Shown: positions 8,223 to 18,851, numbered from the stretch's first letter. The stretch is DNA of 59,204 nt from an uncultured Gammaproteobacteria bacterium (GCA_964389615.1 CAYMDW010000003.1:23294-82497); one strand, 5' to 3'. A program made the numbers and translations. The notes: a model not told the origin generated them from the letters alone.

Positions 8223-9953
8223 CTACGCCGATTTCATTTTCTTCCATGCAGAGTCAGGCAAGGTTCCGCACAGCAAATGCAATTCCCTTTCTTGGGTTTC
8301 AGCTGTGGTGTGGAAAGGTCTGAACATCAGGGGATGCCGCGTGGCCTCTTGTCTTGCTCCATCGACTTCCACGGTAGGAGGCCCAGGAATTTCTTTGCAC
8401 GTGAGTTGCCTGTAGGCTTGGTTGGTTTGCGTCAGTTCCGCATCGATGATGTCTTCATAGCCGACTTCTCTCCCGTCTTCCCCGGAAAGAAAAGAAGCCA
8501 CCCCCCCAGCAAAAGCCGTTAAAACACCGATCACCATGCCCCCGAAACCGGTGAGCAAGCCAACCCCGCCTATAAATGCAGGCACGGAGTTCATTGCTGC
8601 GTTCACCCAACGCGTGAACACTTGGTATTTTTCGCCGGGACTGTGCGATAAGCCAGGTTCAAGATTTTTTTCAGCCTGTGGTTTTTGCTCAGACGTCTCC
8701 ACCGTGTTTTGTTTGACATAATCACTTTCATGAAGTTTGACGGCATTCTTCAAGGCTTTATCCAGGTAAAAGGGCATCAAGCTCATGGCCATGATGCTGA
8801 GCAAGGCGCACCCCGCCCCAAATGGAATTCCGAGCAGAGAGGAAGCCATGTCCGCTGCAGCCAAGGCCGTGAAGACCGTTCCTATGAGGGTGCAGGCAAA
8901 GACCCAGGTAAAACGCCATAAATGTTTTGCGCTAGCCCTTTCAAATAATTCCCCGTAACTCAGGGTCGTGATCAGCGCAAGATTCGGCTTCAACAAACGG
9001 CCATTCGCATCGATCAAAATAGATGCGAGCAATTTTTTGATCGGATTAGCCTTCAGCTGTTCCCGATTAAATTTAATTCCCAGACCCAGTTCAGGTAAAA
9101 ATACCATCATTCCTAAAATAAAAGTCGCGGCTTTGCATATAAGCATGCCCAGAGGGCTAGCGGTCCAAGCTGCAATTGTGAAAAATTCCCACATCCCATA
9201 GGCGATTAGCCCACCGTAAATCAGGGCATTGCAAAGACCGAGCAGCCTTGCGAGCAATTCTCGCCCCCACGAATAATCGGGTGTGGATTCGCGCGGCGAA
9301 CTGAACAAATCAAAAATCAATTCAGAAGGCGCTCGACGACTGATCCAAAAATTTTGCTGCATGGGGAACCATGAAACCAGACCAATGATGGGCATCACCC
9401 ACCAAGTGCCCAAACCAACCAGCAAGGCCAGGAAACCGGCCAAGGACAGCCCAATCGCAAGCCCATACCCCAAGGCCGAAATTTTGCCGTACCAGGCCTG
9501 ATTTTTCAAACGAAGTAATAATTGCCGTTGTTCTTCCAATAACCAACGCAGGCCTTTTTGCTGCGCCAAACGACGTTTTTGCCCCAAATAGGCGAAGCCA
9601 CGGAGGTAATCATTGTCCGTTTCTTCGGGTTTCGGAAGCAAGGGGGCCATGGGATCATCCGTTTCAGGGATCTCAGCAGGCTCGGGCACTTTGTCCCATA
9701 CGGCTTTTAATTCGGCCCTTAGAGGATTAGTCCGCTGCAATTGCAGCCTTCTTGAACTCAACTCATGAAATTCAGGCGCTGTTCCCTCGGCGGGGCTCTG
9801 AGTGAGTGGAGGTAGTTGATAAACCCTCGCCAAGGCATCCGCCAAGGTTTCATTGGGTTGAACAATCACCCCATTTTCAGCCATGATTCGTTTAAGTTCA
9901 GCCCGGTTCCGTTCTAACCAGTTAATTTGTAGATCTTGGGTTGAAATAATCAT
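8223..9953 (-). CDS. Orphan polytopic membrane protein (~576 aa, about 8 hydrophobic segments), candidate effector
   Basis: Four paired hydrophobic segments with soluble termini. ATG 9953 has a GAGGG upstream; ORF track alternative is TTG 10007. Confidence 0.8.
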   Translation of the reverse strand: MIISTQDLQINWLERNRAELKRIMAENGVIVQPNETLADALARVYQLPPLTQSPAEGTAPEFHELSSRRLQLQRTNPLRAELKAVWDKVPEPAEIPETDDPMAPLLPKPEETDNDYLRGFAYLGQKRRLAQQKGLRWLLEEQRQLLLRLKNQAWYGKISALGYGLAIGLSLAGFLALLVGLGTWWVMPIIGLVSWFPMQQNFWISRRAPSELIFDLFSSPRESTPDYSWGRELLARLLGLCNALIYGGLIAYGMWEFFTIAAWTASPLGMLICKAATFILGMMVFLPELGLGIKFNREQLKANPIKKLLASILIDANGRLLKPNLALITTLSYGELFERASAKHLWRFTWVFACTLIGTVFTALAAADMASSLLGIPFGAGCALLSIMAMSLMPFYLDKALKNAVKLHESDYVKQNTVETSEQKPQAEKNLEPGLSHSPGEKYQVFTRWVNAAMNSVPAFIGGVGLLTGFGGMVIGVLTAFAGGVASFLSGEDGREVGYEDIIDAELTQTNQAYRQLTCKEIPGPPTVEVDGARQEATRHPLMFRPFHTTAETQERELHLLCGTLPDSAWKKMKSA

Positions 9954-10013
9954 GGGGAAAGCCCTCACAGCAGGCGAGTTAGTCTTGTATGTTAACTTTT
10001 TGCCCAAATGAAG

Positions 10014-11006
10014 TCAAGCCGGTGCGGGAGATTTCCTTTCAAAATCCATGGGTCCGTGCCCATCCTCTCGTGGAAGCAGTGCAGCCCCTTTGGTCAGGCA
10101 GGATTCGAAACCAAGCTCGATGGCTTTATCCGCATTCGTTCGCATGGACATATAGCTGTAATGCACGCCGGTGACTGCACCCAAGCCTTTTTCAACGGCG
10201 ACTATCGTATCACTGAGGGCATTGACAGGTATTTCCATCAAATGAGCATTGGGGAGTAAATTTTTCGTATGAATCAACCAGTGTGCAGTTTGGCTCAAGA
10301 ATCTTAATACAGGACCCACGGTCAAGCCCACAATATTTAACACCGCGCCAAAGGTGCAGACCACTTTAAAGGTATGCAGGGCTATCTTAGCTGCATAGAC
10401 TTTTGCGCTGATCTCTCCGTTTTTATAATCACGGCGAGCCTCTACCCCACCTTTAACCCAGAAGTCATAAAGATGGAGAGGTTCTTGAAAAGCCTCGACC
10501 AACCCCAGAGGCAGGCGTAAAGGAATCGTCAAAAACGAGGTCGCGAGGGCCACATAGGAGGCTCGTTTGATCCGAAGCTTCGGCTCTTGATCGGGAAAAC
10601 TCTTGATGTATGCCAACGACACTCTCAGGCTTAACCAATCTAAGGCACCATACACCGCATTCACAGGAAGCATTATAAGTGTGCCCAAGAAGCTGAAGGG
10701 AAGGCAGAGAGCCCGAAACATGATAGAAAAGGGCATGAATTGATTCGTGCGATCATTCCAAGCATTGATGAAATTATCCCAGGAATGCTTGAGGGTCTGC
10801 ATGGCAGTATGGACGGATAATCTGATGACTAAGTCTGAAAGTCTGGCCTGACGAATGGCGGCGCGTACCGCCTTCAACTCTTTGGGAACTTGGTTCTTGG
10901 GGGTCAATGCAAAATACATTAAAAGGATGTAATAATCACGCTGAAACATGGAACGCTTCTCAAGCGCATTCTCAGCATAGTCCTTGTTTATCACAAACTT
11001 GCTCAT
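10014..11006 (-). CDS. Orphan membrane-associated protein (330 aa), candidate effector
   Basis: ATG with GAGGAG RBS and own promoter; several hydrophobic stretches; no recognisable family. Confidence 0.8.
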   Translation of the reverse strand: MSKFVINKDYAENALEKRSMFQRDYYILLMYFALTPKNQVPKELKAVRAAIRQARLSDLVIRLSVHTAMQTLKHSWDNFINAWNDRTNQFMPFSIMFRALCLPFSFLGTLIMLPVNAVYGALDWLSLRVSLAYIKSFPDQEPKLRIKRASYVALATSFLTIPLRLPLGLVEAFQEPLHLYDFWVKGGVEARRDYKNGEISAKVYAAKIALHTFKVVCTFGAVLNIVGLTVGPVLRFLSQTAHWLIHTKNLLPNAHLMEIPVNALSDTIVAVEKGLGAVTGVHYSYMSMRTNADKAIELGFESCLTKGAALLPREDGHGPMDFERKSPAPA

Positions 11007-11033
11007 GGGCTCCTCTTTGGTAGTTAGGTCTCC

Positions 11034-11061
11034 ACTATAATGGTTTTGTTTGAGAAGTCAA
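11034..11061 (-). promoter_or_regulatory. Sigma70-like promoter for the orphan gene pair
   Basis: TTGACT-16 nt-TATAGT; the -35 overlaps the AAGTCAATGACTT dyad. Confidence 0.6.
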
Positions 11062-11107
11062 TGACTTGCACAAATTGTTACAAAGTAAAAGAGGCTAGAA
11101 ACAAGGA

Positions 11108-12430
11108 TCATGGTATTTGCAAGACCTGTCCAACCTTCAACTCATCCGATTTGAGGCGATTCGTCTTACGAATACCGCCGATGCTGGTATTGTAACGGGC
11201 AGCCAGATCGGAAAGAGATTCGCCCTTACGGACAGTGTGGGTTTTTGAAGCTGTTTGCAACAAGGGCAGATCCTGATACTGGTGGGCATTTGAGCGAACA
11301 TAATGCTTAATCCCCCCTAAAATCGAGTGAACCACCTGCTGTTGGTATTCTGCCGAACGTAGCTTTTTCTCGCTATGCGGATTCGAAATGAATTCTGTTT
11401 CAACCAAGACAGAGGGAATATCTGGGGATTTTAAAACAGCAAAACCGGCCTGTTGCACATGCTTGCCATGCAGGGCAGTGATCCCGCCTAAATTATTTAA
11501 AATCGCCTGCCCCACGACCAAAGAAGATTCTTTGGTGGCAGTTTGCGATAAATCCAGCAACACACTGGTGAGGACATCGTCTTTGTCATCAAGGCTGACA
11601 CCGCCAATCAAATCCGCGCGATTTTCGCTGGTCGCAAGCCAACGCGCCGCTTCACTAGAAGCTCCCCCCTCCGAAAGCGTAAAGACCGAAGCCCCGTTCG
11701 CATTCGGATGGGTAAAAGCATCCGCATGGATTGAAACAAATAAATCTGCCTGATGCTGCCTTGCTTTCACAATCCGTTGACGCAAGCCCACATAATAATC
11801 ACCATCGCGGATCATGACAGCACGCATCCCCGGCTCATTGTTGATCGCCGTATAAAGCGCTCTGGCCATAGACAAGACCACGTCTTTTTCACGTGTGCCG
11901 CGAGGCCCCACTGCCCCGGAATCTTCACCCCCATGTCCCGCATCGATGGCCACCGTAAACACGGCTTGTGATTTGACTGCAGGCGAGGCTTTAGTGACCT
12001 GGGCTGGCGGCTGAGGCAAGGCCTCTTTACGAGGAATCGTAGTTTCATTGTTTTTTAAATCTAAAACCAAGCGATGTCCGTAAGCATCGTTTGGGTTGAG
12101 CTTGGTCACCTGGGGTTTGACCGGTGATTTCAAATCTAACACGATACGCAAATCATGTTGATCACGCACAGCATGGCGCAATTGCGTCACTGGCGTGCCT
12201 TCCCATTGGAGTTGATTCAGCTTGGCGGTGAGCTCCGCAGATTTAATATCCAAGACAATCCGATGAGGATTTTGCAATTCGATCACGTGATAACTCACCG
12301 GACCACTCAGATCAAGGACGATCCGCGTATTTTCGGGCTCGGGCCAAATACGAATGTCTCGAACCTGCGCTGCATTCGCGCCTTGAGTCATGATTAACCC
12401 GATGATGATGAGAAACCGAAAAAATCTCAT
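11108..12430 (-). CDS. amiB: N-acetylmuramoyl-L-alanine amidase (AMIN + Amidase_3 + LysM)
   Basis: Signal peptide, AIDAGHGGEDSGA, FVSIHADA, PSVLVETEFISN, C-terminal LysM (HTVRKGESLSDLA); position after tsaE. Confidence 0.93.
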   Translation of the reverse strand: MRFFRFLIIIGLIMTQGANAAQVRDIRIWPEPENTRIVLDLSGPVSYHVIELQNPHRIVLDIKSAELTAKLNQLQWEGTPVTQLRHAVRDQHDLRIVLDLKSPVKPQVTKLNPNDAYGHRLVLDLKNNETTIPRKEALPQPPAQVTKASPAVKSQAVFTVAIDAGHGGEDSGAVGPRGTREKDVVLSMARALYTAINNEPGMRAVMIRDGDYYVGLRQRIVKARQHQADLFVSIHADAFTHPNANGASVFTLSEGGASSEAARWLATSENRADLIGGVSLDDKDDVLTSVLLDLSQTATKESSLVVGQAILNNLGGITALHGKHVQQAGFAVLKSPDIPSVLVETEFISNPHSEKKLRSAEYQQQVVHSILGGIKHYVRSNAHQYQDLPLLQTASKTHTVRKGESLSDLAARYNTSIGGIRKTNRLKSDELKVGQVLQIP

Positions 12431-12891
12431 AAACGCTTCTCAAGTTGGCTCAACACAAATTTTCCATATTCTGTTTTCGCATCTAACTGTGCAAGGCGCC
12501 CCTCTCCCTCCGTGTCAAGGCGAATAATTAAATCAGGCTCGGGTAATTCGCCGATTCCATGGTCAGGCCATTCGAACACACATAAATTTTGAGGGGTTAA
12601 ATAATCCCGCAACCCGATGTATTCTAACTCTTCTGGATCATGAATGCGGTACAAATCGAAATGGTAGACGGGTTTTTTATGCGTGTGCAAATAAGGCTCA
12701 ACTAAAGTGTAGGTTGGGCTGCGCACAAAACCATCGTAATGCAATCCTGTCAACAAACCGCGTACCAAGGTGGTTTTACCGGCGCCTAAATCCCCTTCCA
12801 AAAAAATCACGGAAAGCTCTTCACAGTATTTAGAAATTTCATGCCCAAAATCGAGGGTTGCCTTTTCATTGGCTAATAAATGGTTACGCAT
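12427..12891 (-). CDS. tsaE: t6A biosynthesis ATPase TsaE
   Basis: LEGDLGAGKTT, SPTYTLVEPY, HFDLYRI, EWP. Confidence 0.97.
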   Translation of the reverse strand: MRNHLLANEKATLDFGHEISKYCEELSVIFLEGDLGAGKTTLVRGLLTGLHYDGFVRSPTYTLVEPYLHTHKKPVYHFDLYRIHDPEELEYIGLRDYLTPQNLCVFEWPDHGIGELPEPDLIIRLDTEGEGRLAQLDAKTEYGKFVLSQLEKRL

Positions 12892-12892
12892 A

Positions 12893-13714
12893 TCATCCTA
12901 GTAATTTCTGAAGAAATGGGTATAAATCCGTGGCAATTAAACCACGCTCGCCAGAAGTAGCCGCCAAATCGCCTGCAGCCGCATGCAGACAAACGCCCAA
13001 ACAGGCTGCGGTCAATAAACTATCACACTGTGGCATCAAACCGCCAATAACTCCGCTTAAAATATCGCCCATGCCCGCCGTCGCCATGCCTGGGTTGCCC
13101 TGATCACACTGATACAGCATTTCGCCGCCATCGCAAATTAAGGTGTGATGACCTTTGAGGACAACAATCCCCTGATATTTTTTTTGCAGGGCACGAATCG
13201 CTGCAGAACGATCGGCCTGAACCGCTTCGGGAGTGATGTTTAATAGACGAGCAGCCTCACCTGGGTGAGGCGTCAAAATCCAATCCGGAGATTGGCGCGG
13301 TTGCTTCGCCAATAAATTGAGCCCATCCGCATCCAGCAAAAGAGGCAGATTTCTCCTGAGGGCCTGCGACCAAAGCCCCTCAGACCAGGGGGTTTGCCCC
13401 AGGCCGGGCCCCAGAATCAGATGGGTGGCCTCATCCAGCAGAGGCGTCAATTCATCAGGGATAAAGACTGGGCGGACCATCAACTCCGGGCGCGCTACAT
13501 TCAAGGTTGCGGCATGTTGAGGATGCGTCGCAATTTTAACCAGACCTGCGCCGACCCGCAAAGCGGCTTCGCCGGCCATATGGACCGCTCCGGACATTCC
13601 CACATCGCCCCCCACAACCAAAATGCGGCCAAAAGACCCCTTATTGGCCTCGGGTGAGCGTTTTGGTAAAGATTTTATCAATCCCTCTAGGACAAGGCCT
13701 TGTATTGATGCCAT
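12893..13714 (-). CDS. nnrD: NAD(P)HX dehydratase (stand-alone YjeF C-terminal domain)
   Basis: NKGSFG, GPGLG, LDADGL, LTPHPGEAARLL, NPGMATAGMGDILSG; no epimerase domain. Confidence 0.92.
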   Translation of the reverse strand: MASIQGLVLEGLIKSLPKRSPEANKGSFGRILVVGGDVGMSGAVHMAGEAALRVGAGLVKIATHPQHAATLNVARPELMVRPVFIPDELTPLLDEATHLILGPGLGQTPWSEGLWSQALRRNLPLLLDADGLNLLAKQPRQSPDWILTPHPGEAARLLNITPEAVQADRSAAIRALQKKYQGIVVLKGHHTLICDGGEMLYQCDQGNPGMATAGMGDILSGVIGGLMPQCDSLLTAACLGVCLHAAAGDLAATSGERGLIATDLYPFLQKLLG

Positions 13715-13756
13715 AATTCCTCCATCTTTTAAAATTATATAAGAGGATACGCAGTT

Positions 13757-13987
13757 ATGTTACGTAATCTGCTGATTTTATTTTGTGGGCTACTTTTGCC
13801 CCTGACTGGCCTGGCCGAAAAAAGCACGCAGTTGCACATTAAGCCCGAATCCGAATCGAAAATTATCGGAGCCATCCGAAACACTGACACCATGGTCCTG
13901 CTTGAAAATCAAGGCAAGTGGATCAAGGTCATCGATGTTGAAACCGGCCTAGTCGGGTGGCTGCTGACCCCAGAGAAGAAGGGTTAA
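13757..13987 (+). CDS. Small exported SH3-domain protein
   Basis: Signal peptide then SH3b-like pattern ([13 protein letters not shown]...GKWIKV...GLVGW); GAGGA RBS. Confidence 0.7.
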   Translation: MLRNLLILFCGLLLPLTGLAEKSTQLHIKPESESKIIGAIRNTDTMVLLENQGKWIKVIDVETGLVGWLLTPEKKG

Positions 13988-14526
13988 CACCTCATCAGGT
14001 GCTCTCTGTAATACTGTAATTCCTTGATCGAATCACGAATATCGCTCAGAGCACGATGGTCCCCCTCTTTTTCAAATTTTGCGATGGCTTCAGGGGCCCA
14101 GCGACGTGCTAGCTCTTTCAAGGTACTGACATCGATGTGTCGGTAGTGAAAGAACGCTTCGAGGGCGGGCATTTGTCGGGCTAAAAAGCGACGATCCGCG
14201 CAAATGCTGTTGCCGCACATCGGCGAAACGCGAGCCTCAACATATTCATTTAAAAAACGCAGCGTTTCTTCTTCCGCTTGAGCTAAGGTGATTCGACTGG
14301 CGCGCACGCGTTCGGTCAGGCCTGTTTTCCCATGCTGCTTGGTGCACCATTCGTCCATGCCCTCCAGCATCTGATCGGAGACGTGAATCACGAAATCGGG
14401 TCCTACGGCGATTTCATTCAGCTGACTGTCTGTCACGATGGTGGCTATCTCGATGATGCTGTCTTTGTCATAATTCAGCCCGGTCATTTCCAGGTCGATC
14501 CAAATTAAGTTGGTTTTTTTATCCAT
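13984..14526 (-). CDS. orn: Oligoribonuclease
   Basis: [44 protein letters not shown]. Confidence 0.98.
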   Translation of the reverse strand: MDKKTNLIWIDLEMTGLNYDKDSIIEIATIVTDSQLNEIAVGPDFVIHVSDQMLEGMDEWCTKQHGKTGLTERVRASRITLAQAEEETLRFLNEYVEARVSPMCGNSICADRRFLARQMPALEAFFHYRHIDVSTLKELARRWAPEAIAKFEKEGDHRALSDIRDSIKELQYYREHLMRC

Positions 14527-14557
14527 GAAGGCCTCAATGTTGGTAAAATAGAAGTAT

Positions 14558-15472
14558 ATGCTAAAACGTCACTTATCCCTACAGCAAAAAACACGGATCC
14601 AAGCCCTTCAAGACTCTCGTACCGGAGTCGTGATGCGCGTAAGCGCGCAACTGGGTCGGGAACTTGAAATCACCAACGAAGCAGGCGACACCTTTCCGGC
14701 CAAGCTTCGACAAAATTTACCGCCGATCGTGACCGGTGATTGGGTCCTGGGAAGCCAGGCCACGCCTCCGGTGGTCATCGAACAATTGCTGCCACGGACC
14801 AATTTGATTGAACGTCCGGCCAAATCGGGCAAACGCAAAGCCATCGCGGCCAATGTGGATCAAGCTTTATTAGTCATTGCCCCTGTCCCAGAGGCCAGTC
14901 TATTAATGATCGATCGTTACCTCGTGCAATTACATGCCCAGGGTTTACCGATGATTCTGGTAGTCAATAAAGCTGATTTGGGAATCGAAAGCTTACTCGC
15001 CATGATTGATCTCTATCGTGGATTAGGTTACACCGTGCTCACGGTCAGCAGTCAATTCAACACGCTGGAAGATCTTCCCGAACGACTGGAGGGCAAAACC
15101 AGTCTCGTCTTAGGGCAATCCGGGGTTGGAAAATCTTCATTGATTCACGCGATTGATCCCAGCATCCATATTCGGATTGGCGATTTATCCCAATCAGAAC
15201 AAGGAAAACACACCACCACGACCACACGCTTATACACGGTGGGCGATGCCGAGATCATCGACTCTCCTGGCGTTTATGATATTGCCAGCTGGCACTTGAG
15301 TCCCGAACAATTGCGCCAGGGTTTTATTGAAATAAACGCTCAAAAACATGCCTGTCAATTCAATGATTGCACGCATACCCACGAACCTGTCTGTGGGGTT
15401 AAAACGGCTGTTGAGGCGAACACTATTTCTGCCTCACGTTACAAAAACTATTGTTACCTATTAAACGAGTGA
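14558..15472 (+). CDS. rsgA: Ribosome small subunit-dependent GTPase RsgA
   Basis: [24 protein letters not shown]-terminal [14 protein letters not shown] zinc knuckle; divergent from orn. Confidence 0.96.
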   Translation: MLKRHLSLQQKTRIQALQDSRTGVVMRVSAQLGRELEITNEAGDTFPAKLRQNLPPIVTGDWVLGSQATPPVVIEQLLPRTNLIERPAKSGKRKAIAANVDQALLVIAPVPEASLLMIDRYLVQLHAQGLPMILVVNKADLGIESLLAMIDLYRGLGYTVLTVSSQFNTLEDLPERLEGKTSLVLGQSGVGKSSLIHAIDPSIHIRIGDLSQSEQGKHTTTTTRLYTVGDAEIIDSPGVYDIASWHLSPEQLRQGFIEINAQKHACQFNDCTHTHEPVCGVKTAVEANTISASRYKNYCYLLNE

Positions 15473-15475
15473 ACC

Positions 15476-16357
15476 ATGTCTAATTTCGCAAAAATGCAAG
15501 CTTACGCTCCCTTGAAATTTTCCACCTGGTGTTTTGGCGCCCTGGCCCGGATTAATATCCCCTTTATTAAGAATTATTTTATTCGCAAGTGCATTCGAAA
15601 ATACAATATCGACATGCAAGAAGCCGTTCAGCCGGATATTCATGCCTATCAAAACTTCAATGAATTTTTTTCGCGTCGGTTGAAACCAAGCGTGCGTCCC
15701 TGGGCCCCTCTGCCCGCCCTGCCTTCGCCTGTCGATGGGTACATCAGCCAAATCGGTCCGATTGATCATCAAACGATCATTCAAGCCAAAGGCTTAGATT
15801 ATACGGTCGCGGAACTCATCCTCGATGATCACCTGGCGGAACGTTTCAATCATGGATCCTTTGCCACCTTGTATTTATCGCCTCGTGATTATCATCGGGT
15901 GCATATGCCCATGGACGGAAGTTTGGTGTCGATGACCTTTGTGCCCGGTCGTTTATTTTCCGTCAATCCTGAAACCGTCGATTATTGGCCGAAACTCTTT
16001 GCTCGCAATGAACGTTTGGTTTGCCATTTTGAAACCGCTCGCGGTCCGATGGTTGTTGTGCTAGTCGGCGCCTTGAATGTGGCCAGCATGTTTACCTCCT
16101 GGGAAGAAGGTCCGATCCGTTATTCGAATGTCACCACCCGTCATTATCATCCGCCCAAGTTTTTAAAGCGTGGCGATGAAATCGGCGGCTTTGTGATGGG
16201 TTCGACGGCGATTATTCTATTCCCTCAAGGGGTCGTCGAATGGAATGCTGATTTGAAGCCATTGGATGAGGTGAAGTTGGGAAGGGCGATTGGGCGGGTT
16301 GTTTTAGGCGCGATCAAAACTAAAAGGGATAACCTGCTGAATATGCGTCGCCCCTAA
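15476..16357 (+). CDS. psd: Phosphatidylserine decarboxylase proenzyme
   Basis: FNEFFSRRLK, SPVDG, YLSPRDYHRVHMP, NERLV, GST autocleavage site. Confidence 0.95.
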   Translation: MSNFAKMQAYAPLKFSTWCFGALARINIPFIKNYFIRKCIRKYNIDMQEAVQPDIHAYQNFNEFFSRRLKPSVRPWAPLPALPSPVDGYISQIGPIDHQTIIQAKGLDYTVAELILDDHLAERFNHGSFATLYLSPRDYHRVHMPMDGSLVSMTFVPGRLFSVNPETVDYWPKLFARNERLVCHFETARGPMVVVLVGALNVASMFTSWEEGPIRYSNVTTRHYHPPKFLKRGDEIGGFVMGSTAIILFPQGVVEWNADLKPLDEVKLGRAIGRVVLGAIKTKRDNLLNMRRP

Positions 16358-17257
16358 AGCCAACATCATTAACCGATCAAACCCCAGCGCGATCCCGCTG
16401 CAAGCAGGCAGCCCGTGATAAATCGCCGCGAGCAATAAGGGATCCACGGGTTTTTGCGGCAAACCTTGCTCGGCGCGCAACAGATTATCTTGAATAAAAC
16501 GCTTTTCTTGTTCTTTTGGATCAAGCAATTCATGATAACCATTCGCCAATTCGAGGCCATTCACAAACACTTCCACCCGTGAAGCGACGGCAATCCCGTT
16601 TTTGATCTGCGTCATCGCCAGTGCAGCCTGTGAAGCAGGATACTCATAAACAAAGACAGGCGAATCAAAACCCAACTGGGGTTCAATCACGTGACTGAAC
16701 AACAATTGAAGCCAGGTGTCTTTATCCGCAGATTCTAAACTTTCACTGACGCTGATCCCTTTTTGCTGAGCCGTTTTTTTCAGATCCTCGACAGAGGCTT
16801 GATGAGGGTCAATCTGACAATAATCAATAAAGGCCTTTTGATAAGTCAAACGCTGACTCGGGGCTGATTTTAAAATCAAGGCCAATAAATCATCCACCTC
16901 GTCCATTAAATTATCGAGGGAAAACCCATGACGATACCATTCAAGCATCGTGAACTCAGGATTATGATAACGCCCGGCTTCATCGCTGCGAAACACTTTG
17001 CCAAGCTGATAAATATCAGGCGCACCTGCGGCGAGCAGACGCTTCATCGCGTATTCGGGGGAGGTTTGAAGATAAAAGGTTTCGCCCTGATAAGGCACCG
17101 CAATCCCTTCGAGCGCCAAATCCGTGACCGTGGCCCGAGAGAGCAAGGGCGTGTCGACCTCAAGAACCTCGCGGGCTGCAAAAAAGGCGCGAACTTCGGA
17201 TAAAATTCGCGCCCGATTTGCGAGCATGTCAAGACTGAACGAAGGCTGCCAGTCCAT
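16304..17257 (-). CDS. epmA: EF-P beta-lysine ligase EpmA
   Basis: LQTSPEYAMKRLLA, FRSDEAGRYHNPEFTMLEWY, GIALGFDRL; follows efp. Confidence 0.96.
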   Translation of the reverse strand: MDWQPSFSLDMLANRARILSEVRAFFAAREVLEVDTPLLSRATVTDLALEGIAVPYQGETFYLQTSPEYAMKRLLAAGAPDIYQLGKVFRSDEAGRYHNPEFTMLEWYRHGFSLDNLMDEVDDLLALILKSAPSQRLTYQKAFIDYCQIDPHQASVEDLKKTAQQKGISVSESLESADKDTWLQLLFSHVIEPQLGFDSPVFVYEYPASQAALAMTQIKNGIAVASRVEVFVNGLELANGYHELLDPKEQEKRFIQDNLLRAEQGLPQKPVDPLLLAAIYHGLPACSGIALGFDRLMMLALGATHIQQVIPFSFDRA

Positions 17258-17820
17258 CAGGCACGAGCCATGTATTCGCCTGTGCGGGTATCTACACGAA
17301 TCGTTTCGCCCACTTGCACAAACAAAGGAACGCGGACCACAGCCCCGGTTTCTAAGGTGGCAGGCTTGCCGCCGCCGCCAGAGGTATCCCCTTTGAGGCC
17401 AGGATCTGTGTCCACAATTTTGAGGGTCACAAAATTAGGGGCTTGGATAGTCAAGGGATGACCGTTGTACAAGGTCACAATGCAGATGTCTTGCTCTTTG
17501 AGCCATTTTTCCGCATCACCCAAGGTTTCGCGATTCACTGAATGCTGTTCAAAGGTATCGGGTACCATGAAATGCCAGTACTCACCATCGGTGTAAAGGT
17601 ATTGCATGTTGAGGTCGACTACGTCAGCGCCCTCAACGCTATCACCCGATTTGAAGGTCCGCTCGAGTACACGGCCATTATTTAAGTTGCGCAACTTGAC
17701 TCGATTGAAGGCCTGGCCTTTGCCGGGTTTCACGAATTCGTTCTCGATGATGCTGCAAGGATCGCCGTCTAGCATAATTTTAAGGCCAGACTTAAATTGA
17801 TTGGTTGAAAATGTCGCCAT
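17257..17820 (-). CDS. efp: Elongation factor P
   Basis: [31 protein letters not shown]. Start ATG 17820. Confidence 0.98.
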   Translation of the reverse strand: MATFSTNQFKSGLKIMLDGDPCSIIENEFVKPGKGQAFNRVKLRNLNNGRVLERTFKSGDSVEGADVVDLNMQYLYTDGEYWHFMVPDTFEQHSVNRETLGDAEKWLKEQDICIVTLYNGHPLTIQAPNFVTLKIVDTDPGLKGDTSGGGGKPATLETGAVVRVPLFVQVGETIRVDTRTGEYMARA

Positions 17821-17849
17821 ATTGTTCGTCCCCAGGTACAATGCGCACC

Positions 17850-18851
17850 ATGATACCTCAAATGAAGACAGATTGGCAGACCCTCGATTGGCAACAGGCC
17901 CTAGGCCAGGTGATTACCTGCCCCGAGGTCCTGGCGGCTCGCCTGCAGCTGCCACCAGGCACGCTCAGCCACAGCGCCGCAGGGGCCGGCTTTTCCCTTA
18001 AGGTTCCCGAAGCCGTACTCAAACGTATCAAACCAGGAAACCCCGAAGATCCCGTCTTAAAACAATTTTTACCGGTTTCGCAAGAGCTCGAAGCAATCCC
18101 TGGCTACACGGCCGATCCGCTCCTAGAAACGGCCGTCAACCCTATTCCCGGGCTTTTACAGAAGTTTGATAATCGGGTCTTGCTGACCCTCAGCCATCAC
18201 TGCGCAGTTCATTGCCGCTATTGTTTTCGCCGAAACTTTAACTATTCGGATAATACTCCCGGCAAAACAGGCTGGAAACAAGCCTATGAGGCGATTGCAG
18301 CGAACCCACAACTCGAAGAAGTGATTTTGTCCGGCGGCGACCCACTCTCTCTGCCCGATCACTACCTCGCCTGGCATTTAGCACAAATCGCGGCGATCCC
18401 GCATATTCGAGTGGTCCGTTTTCACACCCGCTTTCCCCTCATGATTCCTCAGCGAATCACGGCTTCGTTTCTTGAGACCTTAAAAAATTGCCCACTCCGG
18501 ATCGTGATGGTCTTGCACTGCAATCACGCTCAAGAAATTGATGAAGACGTCAAAACAGCCTGCACCCTGTTGAAAAATGCAGGCATTTGTTTACTCAATC
18601 AAACCGTGATTTTGCGCGAGATTAATGACAAGGTGGAGACACAGCGCGAGTTAGCCTGGGCACTGTTTGAGACCGGGGTGATGCCTTATTATTTGCATTG
18701 CTTTGACCCCGTCAAAGGCGCACATCATTTTGATCTGCCCATCGAAGAGGCCAAAGCCTTGTACTTGGAATTGCGGAAGGTCTTACCTGGGTATTTAGTG
18801 CCACAGTTGGTGAAAGAAGTTCCGGGCGAAAAGGCCAAGGTTGTCGTTTAG
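17850..18851 (+). CDS. epmB: Lysine 2,3-aminomutase EpmB (radical SAM)
   Basis: [26 protein letters not shown]; divergent from efp. Start placed at ATG 17850. Confidence 0.94.
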   Translation: MIPQMKTDWQTLDWQQALGQVITCPEVLAARLQLPPGTLSHSAAGAGFSLKVPEAVLKRIKPGNPEDPVLKQFLPVSQELEAIPGYTADPLLETAVNPIPGLLQKFDNRVLLTLSHHCAVHCRYCFRRNFNYSDNTPGKTGWKQAYEAIAANPQLEEVILSGGDPLSLPDHYLAWHLAQIAAIPHIRVVRFHTRFPLMIPQRITASFLETLKNCPLRIVMVLHCNHAQEIDEDVKTACTLLKNAGICLLNQTVILREINDKVETQRELAWALFETGVMPYYLHCFDPVKGAHHFDLPIEEAKALYLELRKVLPGYLVPQLVKEVPGEKAKVVV

